Source: Acidobacteriota bacterium (GTDB taxonomy: Bacteria > Acidobacteriota > Thermoanaerobaculia > Multivoradales > Multivoraceae). From it: a DNA stretch of 64,000 nucleotides. Location: assembly GCA_029263415.1 (NCBI GenBank), contig JAJCXN010000041.1:141338-205337 (forward strand), in the 5' to 3' direction. The position numbers were made by a program, and so were the translations under genes. The notes below the pieces were generated by a model. It ran no database searches. It worked only from the letters and a program-made list of their open reading frames with translations, and was not told the DNA's origin. Below, piece after piece: positions 18,558 through 26,941 of this stretch. Within the stretch, counting starts at the first letter, position 1, and every line of letters begins with the position of its first letter.

Positions 18558-20603
18558 ATGACACGAATGAGAACAGTCCGCACGCTGGTGTACTGCTGCA
18601 TTGCGGCTGTATGGATGGTCGCCCTGGCGGCGCTGCCTGCAATAGCTCAAGAGCCAGCAGCGCCCACAGCGGCAGTAGATCAAGAGTGGCGCCACTACGG
18701 CTCGGACCGTCAGAGTTCCAAGTACTCGCCTGCGGATCAGATCGATGAAAACAACGTTGCCGAGCTTGAAGTTGCCTGGCGCTGGCAATCCCCAGACGGC
18801 GCAGTTGGCGGGCGAGGGGGAGTCAGTCCGCTCAAGGTCACGCCAATCTTGGTAGATGGCGTGCTCTATGCGATCAGCGCTCTGAATTTGCTCAGTGCGA
18901 TCAACCCGATCACCGGCGAGGAACTATGGCGCTACGACCCCAAGGCGTACGAAGGGACACGACCAACCCACGGGGGACTGAACCATCGAGGCCTCGAATC
19001 TTGGACCGGTCCGCGCGACCCGGAGGCGGTGCCAGGTGACGAGACCGAAGCTGTGACGCGCCTGGTCTATGGAACCGGGACGCAGCAATTGATCTCGATC
19101 GACCCTAGAACCGGGAAGCCTGATCCCGCATTCGGCGAAGGGGGAGTGGTCGACATGCGACCCGACGTGGCTGAAGAGAAGGACGTGCGCCACACGGGGC
19201 TCAACTCGCCGCCGATCGTTTGCGCCGACACCATCATCGTCGGCATGGTGGTGAATGACTTCGGCACTACGCAGAAGATGCCGGTCGGTCACGTGCGCGG
19301 CTACGATGTGCGAACCGGCGAGAAGCGCTGGACCTTCCACTCGATTCCTCAAGGTAATGAATTGGGCACCGAAACGTGGGAAGAGGAATCGTGGCGCTAC
19401 TCAGGCAACACCAATGTCTGGTCCTTGATGAGTTGCGACAATGAAACTGGCATAGCCTATCTGCCGTTTGGCACGCCGACCAACGACCACTACGGCGGGC
19501 ATCGCCTGGGCAACAATCTCTATGCCGAGAGCTTGGTTGCGGTTGACGCTGCAACGGGAAAGCGGGTCTGGCATTTTCAAGGAGTACACCACGGGCTGTG
19601 GGACTACGACTTTCCCTGTGCCCCCAACCTGATCGACGTCACGGTTGATGGCGAGTTGATTCCCGCGGTTGCTCAGGTTTCGAAGCAGGGCTACACCTAC
19701 GTGTTGAACCGCGTGACCGGCAAGCCGGTGTGGCCGATTGAAGAACGGAAGGTCGCGCCCAGCACGGTGCCCGGCGAACGGGCGTCTGAGACCCAGCCGA
19801 TTCCTAGCAAACCACCACCTTTTGATCTGGTTGGTATTGGGAAAGACGACTTGTTGGATCTGACTCCCGAGATCAAGGAAGCGGTTGTAGAGACTGCTTC
19901 GAAGTACAAGATGGGGCCGTTGTTTACTCCCCCCATCGTGGGTGGCGAAGACGGTAAGTACGCAACCATCATCTCGCCCGGACTCGCAGGTGGAGCGAAT
20001 TGGGGCGGCGCTGCGGTTGATCCCGAGTCCGGCGTGCTCTTCGTCCCGTCTCAGACTAGGGTGATGACGGTTTCGGTAGCGCCGCCTTCCGGGCGGCTGC
20101 GCGGCGACCTCGATTTCATGCGCCAGCATCCTCCGTTGTCGGGACCCGGCGGTTTGCCGATCACCAAGCCACCCTGGAGCCGGATCACGGCGATCGATCT
20201 CAACAAGGGAGAAATCCTGTGGCAGGTGGCCCATGGTGAAGGCCCGAAACATCACCCAGCTCTGGAAGGGCTCGAGCTCGAGGCATTGGGCTCTTGGCCG
20301 TTGGCGGGACTAGCCCCGGGCTGGCCGATGGCGACCAAGACGCTGTTGTTTGCAGCCCAGGGTGTGCAAGGGATTGCCGGGGGCGAAACCACTGGATACT
20401 TGCGGGCTTACGACAAGGCAAGCGGCGATCTGGTTTGGGAGAAGGACCTTGGTCATCCTGCGCGGGGTGCACCGATGACCTATGTGGTCGATGGCCAACA
20501 GTTCATTGTGGTGGCGATCGGTGATGCCTCGAAGGTCCGTGAGTTGGTCGCCTTCGCGCTACCAACGTCCGCGCCCCAAGCTGGGGGCGCCGAAACGGGG
20601 TGA
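18558..20603 (+). CDS. PQQ-dependent dehydrogenase (quinoprotein alcohol/sugar dehydrogenase family), periplasmic
   Basis: Signal peptide, then WRHYGSDRQSSKYSPADQIDENNVAELEVAW (typical quinoprotein N-terminal block). Repeated W-containing propeller motifs; ~680 aa. No CxxCH heme domain seen. Confidence 0.8.
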   Translation: MTRMRTVRTLVYCCIAAVWMVALAALPAIAQEPAAPTAAVDQEWRHYGSDRQSSKYSPADQIDENNVAELEVAWRWQSPDGAVGGRGGVSPLKVTPILVDGVLYAISALNLLSAINPITGEELWRYDPKAYEGTRPTHGGLNHRGLESWTGPRDPEAVPGDETEAVTRLVYGTGTQQLISIDPRTGKPDPAFGEGGVVDMRPDVAEEKDVRHTGLNSPPIVCADTIIVGMVVNDFGTTQKMPVGHVRGYDVRTGEKRWTFHSIPQGNELGTETWEEESWRYSGNTNVWSLMSCDNETGIAYLPFGTPTNDHYGGHRLGNNLYAESLVAVDAATGKRVWHFQGVHHGLWDYDFPCAPNLIDVTVDGELIPAVAQVSKQGYTYVLNRVTGKPVWPIEERKVAPSTVPGERASETQPIPSKPPPFDLVGIGKDDLLDLTPEIKEAVVETASKYKMGPLFTPPIVGGEDGKYATIISPGLAGGANWGGAAVDPESGVLFVPSQTRVMTVSVAPPSGRLRGDLDFMRQHPPLSGPGGLPITKPPWSRITAIDLNKGEILWQVAHGEGPKHHPALEGLELEALGSWPLAGLAPGWPMATKTLLFAAQGVQGIAGGETTGYLRAYDKASGDLVWEKDLGHPARGAPMTYVVDGQQFIVVAIGDASKVRELVAFALPTSAPQAGGAETG

Positions 20604-20666
20604 GGCCCGCTCGGAGGCCGGCACGCCCGAGCTCGGATTCGATCTTGGGGTAAGTAGCCTTCGCGG

Positions 20667-22526
20667 CTAGAGAGCGATCGGTCCGTGGCCCTCGATGAGT
20701 AGCTCGTCGACGGTCATGGTCACGTGCTCGCCTTGGCGGACGTCGTGATCAAACTTGTAGGTCACTCCGAGATCGCCCTTGCTCGCGGCCGCGTCGTACT
20801 CAGCGGCCTTGGCTCGTGTGATCTCAACGCGATCGCGCCAAGCGCTCATGGCGTCGCCACCAAACGTTTGCTCCAGCTGTTGTTGAACGACATGCGGACC
20901 AGCCACCCAGGCAGTTGCGTTGTTGCCGCCAAAGCCTTTGGCGTTGAGAAACGCGACGTCGTAGTCGGTAGCAGCGCCCGTGATGTGTTCGCTGTCGATG
21001 CGCAATCGATCGCCTGAAATGTCGTCGGCAGGTCCGTCGATGGTGGCGATGCCGGGGATCACACCGTCGGCCCAGGTACCCAAGCAGGAAGCCAACTGGT
21101 CGCCACCGGCAGCTGCCATGGTGTGACCGACGAAGCACTTGATGGCGGCGACTGGCCATTCCTGGATGTCGAAGGTTTTGGCAACTAGATCGAGAATCTC
21201 GGATTCACTCGTGCGGTTCTGCGGCGTCCCCGTGCCGTGAGCGTGTACGAAGCTGCGTTGTGCGATGGCTTCAGTACCGAGCACCTTGCGCGCCGACGCG
21301 ACGGCCTTGGCAAAGGTGATGTAGTTGCCCACCCCAGGAGAGGAGATCGATTTTTTGTGTCCGTCAGCGTGCACAAAGACGTCGCCGACAGCGCCCAAGA
21401 TGTTGGCGCCCATCTCGACCGCGAGCTCGGCGTCCATCAAGACGCAGAACTGGGCCCCCTCGCCCATGACGAAACCACCGTTGATGCCAAAGGGACGGCA
21501 GGCCCTTCGATGATTGGGAGTCTCGCCCGGCTGCTTGCCTTCGAGCTGGAGCAAAGCGGCGTCGCCAATCAAAGCGCCCATGGTGGCGAGTCCATCCATC
21601 GCGTCCGCCACCAGCGGCGCCTCGACGCCGCCAATCACCGCGACGCGCGAGCGACCTTCACGAATGTCCTGTACGCCTAAGCGCAGGTTGTAGTGGAAGG
21701 TGGCGCATGCGCCCATGTTGTGGCCGGTTTGGCCCATGCTGCCGAGTACGTAGGCGTTGGTGAAGTCGGCGGCCATCTCGCCAAGGCCCATTGGTACCTG
21801 CTTCGAAGATACCCGCTTGCCCCGTTGGCGAGAGGAGAGCAGGCCACCGTTGCCGTTTTGATCGAGCTGGGTCATGGCGCTGCCAGCGTAGGTTGAGAAC
21901 TGGTCGGGTGGTACTCGATCAAGGATGGTCTGCCAGTCGATACCAAGACTGTTGATCGCATCGCTCGCTGCCACGACCGTGAGTTCCAGGCCGCGAGGAT
22001 GACTGCGTGCGGGATAGTGGTCGCCGGGCTCGAAGCCAGTGGGAACCATGCCGCCCGCTGCAACTCCGAGGTCGCGCGTGTCGGGCACGAACAGTTCTGT
22101 TTGGTCGGTGACCGTGATGGTGATGCGTTGCTTGTTGCCTTCGCCCTTTGTGCTTTCGACAGTCCACCCTGGCGGCATGGCCTCAGGCAACTCGCGCTTG
22201 CTGATCTCGAAGCGGAGTGGAGTGTCTGTGGCTTGCAGGCAAACGCGTCGGTTCCAAGGAGCAGCGTTGGGATTGAAGAACGACGGCTCAATGCGGCGGA
22301 CTAAGGACCCGGTCCTTAGGCGCTCAATGGCAGCTTGGTCGAGGCTATCGGCGTTCTTGCTACCTGTGAGGCCGGCTAGGCTGCGCCACATCGCGTCGAC
22401 TTTGGCGGTGGGGAGGGCTGAGTGCGTGGTACGTCGGTAGGCTTGGTGAGAGGAACTTCGACCGGCGGCACCGACACCGCCGAAACTGACAATGACCGGG
22501 AGTCGCTGAGAAAAGTTAGTGGACAC
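20667..22526 (-). CDS. Beta-ketoacyl-ACP synthase with a long N-terminal extension (FabY-like KAS I/II-type initiating condensing enzyme)
   Basis: KS active-site Cys context GHNMGACATF, HAHGTGT and CFVGHTMAAAGG (KAS His/His). At 619 aa with a ~250-aa N-terminal extension it resembles the P. aeruginosa FabY class; that assignment is from memory. Confidence 0.7.
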   Translation of the reverse strand: MSTNFSQRLPVIVSFGGVGAAGRSSSHQAYRRTTHSALPTAKVDAMWRSLAGLTGSKNADSLDQAAIERLRTGSLVRRIEPSFFNPNAAPWNRRVCLQATDTPLRFEISKRELPEAMPPGWTVESTKGEGNKQRITITVTDQTELFVPDTRDLGVAAGGMVPTGFEPGDHYPARSHPRGLELTVVAASDAINSLGIDWQTILDRVPPDQFSTYAGSAMTQLDQNGNGGLLSSRQRGKRVSSKQVPMGLGEMAADFTNAYVLGSMGQTGHNMGACATFHYNLRLGVQDIREGRSRVAVIGGVEAPLVADAMDGLATMGALIGDAALLQLEGKQPGETPNHRRACRPFGINGGFVMGEGAQFCVLMDAELAVEMGANILGAVGDVFVHADGHKKSISSPGVGNYITFAKAVASARKVLGTEAIAQRSFVHAHGTGTPQNRTSESEILDLVAKTFDIQEWPVAAIKCFVGHTMAAAGGDQLASCLGTWADGVIPGIATIDGPADDISGDRLRIDSEHITGAATDYDVAFLNAKGFGGNNATAWVAGPHVVQQQLEQTFGGDAMSAWRDRVEITRAKAAEYDAAASKGDLGVTYKFDHDVRQGEHVTMTVDELLIEGHGPIAL

Positions 22527-22688
22527 AGAAACCCTCTTTGGAGGTCATGGGGCGAGAGAGGTTCCGCATGGAATGCGGGGTCCAGCGCCTGAGGTGTAGC
22601 TCGATCGTTCGGCGGTACGTCAGTCTAGGACAGCGATTGGTTCGTAGTTTGTTGAAATGGACAACTAGTTTGTCAGAATGGTCATTCC

Positions 22689-23681
22689 GTGTTCCACGTT
22701 GCATTCATCGTCCATCCGCGCGCTCTCCTCACAGGCCTGACGATCCCGCTCGAGATGCTGCGGGCTGCAGACGAGATCGATCGCGTCAGCAGACGAGAAC
22801 CGTCACGCTTGAGGGTGAGCATTGCCACCACCGGCGATCGTGCTTTTGAGGCGCTGGGTGCTCTGACCGTAGTGCCTCAGCAGCCTCTCGCCGAGCTAAG
22901 ACATGTCGATTTGGTGTTCATCCCTCCGTTCTGGAGGAAGCCGAAGGTCAATCTTCCTGCTGTGATCCATCAACTGGTCGAACTCGAGGCGCAGGGTGCA
23001 TCGATCTGCGCGGTGAGCACTGGGTCGTTCCTGTTAGCGGAGGCGGGGCTGCTGGACGGGCGCGCAGCCACAACACACTGGTCCTTTCTGAACGACTTCG
23101 CCGAGCGCTACCCTAGTGTCCTGCTTAAGCGCCATCATTTGATTACTCGTTCTGAGCGACTCTTCTGTGCAGGAAGTCTAAATGCCACGGCCGATCTCAC
23201 CGCGTTCTTCATCGAGCGATGGTTGGGCACCGAGACCGCACGATTGGTCGAGGCTCAGTTCTCGCCTGAGATTAGGCAACCGGTGCGACAACAAGGGTAC
23301 TTCGACGGTGAGATCAACGAACAGCCCGACGAACTCATGGCAGTGGCTCAAGGGTGGTTGACGGAACGGCTCGCTGGGCCAGTGCGAGTGACCGAGTTGG
23401 CTAAGCATCTCGGTGTGAGTCAGCGCTCCTTAAATCGAAGGTTCCAGATTGCCGTTGGTTGCACTCCCGGGAAGTACCTGAGGGACTTGAGGGTGGAGGC
23501 CGCAACTGGACTCTTGAGGAACAGCAACTTGTCGGTGGCAGAGATTGGGGTCCGCGTGGGCTACGTCGATGCGGGGCACTTCTCGACCGTCTATCGTCGC
23601 AGTACGGGCAGATCGCCGCGAGCGTTCAGAGCGGCAGTGAGGGTGAAGTTGTTTGGTTCCGGGGTCGAGACCGCCAAGTAG
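22689..23681 (+). CDS. GlxA-family transcriptional regulator (DJ-1/PfpI-like domain + AraC HTH)
   Basis: N-terminal DJ-1/PfpI-like region (VFIPPFW...ICAVSTGSFLLAEAGLLDGRAATTHW). C-terminal AraC-type HTH (LAKHLGVSQRSLNRRFQ...GYVDAGHFSTVYRRSTGRSP). GTG start. Confidence 0.8.
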   Translation: MFHVAFIVHPRALLTGLTIPLEMLRAADEIDRVSRREPSRLRVSIATTGDRAFEALGALTVVPQQPLAELRHVDLVFIPPFWRKPKVNLPAVIHQLVELEAQGASICAVSTGSFLLAEAGLLDGRAATTHWSFLNDFAERYPSVLLKRHHLITRSERLFCAGSLNATADLTAFFIERWLGTETARLVEAQFSPEIRQPVRQQGYFDGEINEQPDELMAVAQGWLTERLAGPVRVTELAKHLGVSQRSLNRRFQIAVGCTPGKYLRDLRVEAATGLLRNSNLSVAEIGVRVGYVDAGHFSTVYRRSTGRSPRAFRAAVRVKLFGSGVETAK

Positions 23682-23801
23682 GCGCATTCGGACAGTACTC
23701 GTGAGAATCGACACAGCTTCAAGAGAGCTCCTCAGGGGAGAGTTCGCCTTCATAGGCTAGGCTATGGGGTAGTTCCATTCTTGAGAGGATCCCCAAAGGC
23801 C

Positions 23802-25259
23802 ATGTTCAAAGTCAAATCCCGTTCCCTAGCGCGGCTGTCCGTGCTGTTTTCATGCGCTGCGTTACTCGCAGCCTCAGCGTTTGCCGCAGCCCCAGTGGAG
23901 ACCGACAACTGGCCATCCTTCCGAGGCTCGAAGGCATTGTCGATTGCGGATGATGATCCCCGCTTGCCGACCAGCTGGAGTACCGAAGAGAACGTGGCAT
24001 GGAAGGTGCCGGTTGATGGACTGGGCTGGTCGTCGCCCGTGATTTGGGGCAACAAAGTCTTTGTGACCACGGTTGTTAGCGACGGTGAGGTTGAAGAGCC
24101 AAAGATGGGCCTCTACTTTCCGTATGGCTCGCCAGAGTCTGGCGGATTCCCGACCAAGGACGGCGTCTTGATGGAGCGCGCGAAGGACCAGCATCATTGG
24201 TGGGTGTATGCCTTCGATTTCGAGACTGGCGAGTCACTGTGGAAGACCAAAGTGCACAGTTCAGTGCCCAATTTTGATCGCCATTTGAAGAACACCTATG
24301 CGTCGGAGACCCCGGTCACCGACGGCGAACGTGTCTATGCGATGTTCGGCAACGTTGGTGTATGGGCCTTGGACATGGACGGCAAGATTTTGTGGAACAA
24401 GCCCATGGAGGCCAGTGCCACTCGACTAGGTTGGGGAACCGCCGCATCACCGGTGTTGCACGGCGAGACCTTGGTGGTGGTCAACGACAACGACGACCAG
24501 TCCTACATGATGGGCTTAGCCGCAAGGACCGGCGAAGTCGGCTTCACGGTCAAACGCGAAGAGGGCACCAACTGGTCGACACCGTTTGTGTGGGAGCACG
24601 AGGGTCGTACGGAGATCGTCACCGCTGGCAGCGATCAAGTGAGGTCCTATGACCTCGAAGGTCGGCAACTGTGGAGTCTGAGCGGCATGGATTCGATTTC
24701 GATTCCGCAACCGTTCAGCGCGCACGGTCTTCTCTATCTGACGTCCGGCTACGTCGGCGACAAGATTAAGCCAGTGTTTGCGATCCGTCCCGGCGCTACT
24801 GGTGACATCACTTTAGAAGAAGGACAACAGAGCAACGAATACGTTGTTTGGTACAACGACTCTGCGGGCCCTTATCATCCGACCCCGCTGGTCTACGGCG
24901 ACTACTACTTCACCTTGCTCGACCTTGGTTTCTTCACTGTGCACAACGCCAAGACCGGTGAGGAGTTGTACTTCACCGAGGATCAAAAGGCGTCCAAGCA
25001 AGTCAAGCGCAGGATCAAGCGTGGGTCCGGTGGATTCACCGCGTCGCCTTGGGCCTACAACGGCAAGATCTTTGTGCTGAGTGAAGATGGCGATACTTAC
25101 GTTCTCGACAGCGCCAACAACTTTGAGCTGGTGGGCACGAACTCGCTGGACGAAGTGGCGATGTCGACACCGGCAATGGCTAGGGGTTCGTTGTTCATCC
25201 GAACGCGCGGTCATCTCTATCGCTTGACCAATGCTGATGCGAAGGTGAGTGGCCCGTAG
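23802..25259 (+). CDS. PQQ-like beta-propeller repeat protein (BamB-like fold), secreted
   Basis: Signal peptide MFKVKSRSLARLSVLFSCAALLAASAFAA. Repeated [WSSP.I.....VFV.T..G] propeller blades (WSSPVIWGNKVFVTT, ETPVTDGERVYAMFGN, VWALDMDGKILW). Confidence 0.7.
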   Translation: MFKVKSRSLARLSVLFSCAALLAASAFAAAPVETDNWPSFRGSKALSIADDDPRLPTSWSTEENVAWKVPVDGLGWSSPVIWGNKVFVTTVVSDGEVEEPKMGLYFPYGSPESGGFPTKDGVLMERAKDQHHWWVYAFDFETGESLWKTKVHSSVPNFDRHLKNTYASETPVTDGERVYAMFGNVGVWALDMDGKILWNKPMEASATRLGWGTAASPVLHGETLVVVNDNDDQSYMMGLAARTGEVGFTVKREEGTNWSTPFVWEHEGRTEIVTAGSDQVRSYDLEGRQLWSLSGMDSISIPQPFSAHGLLYLTSGYVGDKIKPVFAIRPGATGDITLEEGQQSNEYVVWYNDSAGPYHPTPLVYGDYYFTLLDLGFFTVHNAKTGEELYFTEDQKASKQVKRRIKRGSGGFTASPWAYNGKIFVLSEDGDTYVLDSANNFELVGTNSLDEVAMSTPAMARGSLFIRTRGHLYRLTNADAKVSGP

Positions 25260-25314
25260 CGGTCCTCGGCGAAACGACGGTTGCGTCGGTTCGCTTTCCA
25301 AGGCTTGGTGCAGG

Positions 25315-26595
25315 ATGGAGCAGGCTGATTATGAGCCAGCGCTCGTGCGCACAGGCGCACGTCTGGCGGGCTGGGGCCCGGTTCTGAGACGCGGTGCGAG
25401 TGCGCCGCGAGTGCCATGCTTTGGAGGAGTGCTGCTAGTGCTCTTTGCCGGCGCGACAGCGGAGGCGCAGGACGATACCTGGGTCGGCGGAGCCGCTCAG
25501 GTGGTGCATGCGCACTGTGCGAGTTGCCATCACGTCGGCGGGCCAGGGCCGATGGCTTTGGTGACGTATGACCAAGTGCGGCCTTGGGGCAAAGCGATTG
25601 CCCGGCAGGTGCAGAACGGCCGGATGCCGCCGTGGCACGCGGTCGCGGGTGGTGAGTTTTCGAACGACCGTCGGCTAGACGACGCTGAACGCGAGCTGCT
25701 GTTGCGGTGGGTGGCTGGCGGAATGGCTCGCGGCGAGGGCGTGGTTGAACTGCCAGAATTCGAGCAGGGCTGGCGGATCGGAGAGCCCGATCTAGTGATC
25801 GAGATGCCCGAGGTGGTGACCGTCCCAGCGAGCGGAGAGCTGCCATACCACGACTACCTGGTAGACCCGGGCTTCACCGAGGACGTCTGGGTTAAGGCCG
25901 CCGAGTCGCGCCCGGGCAATTCCAAGGTTGTGCACCACATCATCGTCGGCTACTTGATCGAAGACCCGTTGGCGCGACGACGGCTAGCAGCGCAGGGGCA
26001 AGAGGGCCGGGTGCAAGGTAGCTTGGGTGGCTATGTGCCAGGAGATGAACCGTTGATTCTCGAACCGGGCTTGGCTCGGCTGATTCCGAAGGGTTCGAAG
26101 ATCTACTTTCAGATGCACTACACGCCGAACGGCGAAGAGCAGACGGATCGTTCGCGACTGGGTCTGGTGTTCGCCGACGGGCCGCCCAATCACGAAGTCA
26201 AGACTGGTATTGCATCGAGTCCGTTCATCCGAATTCCGGCGGGGTCGGAGGACACTTCGTTGTCTGCGACGTTTCGGTTCACGAGCGAGAGCGTCCTGCT
26301 TTCAATGAGGCCGCACATGCACCTGCGTGGCAAGACCTTTGAATATCGCGTGCGCTATCCAGACGCGAGCGAAGAAGTTCTGCTCAAGGTCGATGACTAT
26401 GACTTTGGATGGCAGACCAACTACATGCTGCAAACCCCAAAGGTCTTGCCTGCGGGAACTGAACTGATTTGTACGGGATCGTGGGACAACACGGCCGCAA
26501 ATCCCAACAATCCCGATGCAGGCAAGACTGCGTCGTGGGGTCAGCAAACCGATGACGAGATGATGATCGGGTTCTTCGAGTACTACCACCGCTAG
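25315..26595 (+). CDS. Mono-heme cytochrome c domain fused to a copper type-II ascorbate-dependent-monooxygenase-like (PHM/DBH-like) domain; secreted. The start is uncertain (possible GTG near 25405).
   Basis: CASCHH heme c site. PHM-like ligand pattern with near-canonical spacing: HH (aa 229-230), H (290), HMH (356-358), M (438-439), counted on the track ORF. Confidence 0.55.
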   Translation: MEQADYEPALVRTGARLAGWGPVLRRGASAPRVPCFGGVLLVLFAGATAEAQDDTWVGGAAQVVHAHCASCHHVGGPGPMALVTYDQVRPWGKAIARQVQNGRMPPWHAVAGGEFSNDRRLDDAERELLLRWVAGGMARGEGVVELPEFEQGWRIGEPDLVIEMPEVVTVPASGELPYHDYLVDPGFTEDVWVKAAESRPGNSKVVHHIIVGYLIEDPLARRRLAAQGQEGRVQGSLGGYVPGDEPLILEPGLARLIPKGSKIYFQMHYTPNGEEQTDRSRLGLVFADGPPNHEVKTGIASSPFIRIPAGSEDTSLSATFRFTSESVLLSMRPHMHLRGKTFEYRVRYPDASEEVLLKVDDYDFGWQTNYMLQTPKVLPAGTELICTGSWDNTAANPNNPDAGKTASWGQQTDDEMMIGFFEYYHR

Positions 26596-26941
26596 CAGTC
26601 CGTGGTGAAACTCGCGCGGGACTGAGCGCGGGGATCTGGGTGGTCAGTTCGTGGTGCGCCGGCCTCCCGCGGGACCGCAGTGAGGAGTACCCGAGCAAGC
26701 TCGAGCACAGGTAGATGTTCCACGGAAGGCTTCGCACTCCCGCGGGAGGCTTGCGCACCGGGGTATCGTTGACGAGCATCGGTCCCACGGGAGGCTCGCG
26801 CACTACGATTTGGCCGCCCAAACCCCGTGGGACGGCGCTCGAACTCAGCCCACGGGAACTTCACCACTCACTGCTAGCCGGGTCGACTATCATCTCGACT
26901 TCCTTGTCCAGACAACACGTCCTCTTCATTGCGAGATCCTC

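Noticed and set aside
19401-20255. 284-aa minus-strand ORF
   Set aside because: It is antisense to the PQQ dehydrogenase and has no recognisable features.
26810-26941. Upstream extension of the symporter ORF (track start 26810)
   Set aside because: The extension is hydrophilic, repeat-derived sequence overlapping the CCCRYGGG palindrome array. The true start is the ATG at 26942 (MTSAIVIFGYL).
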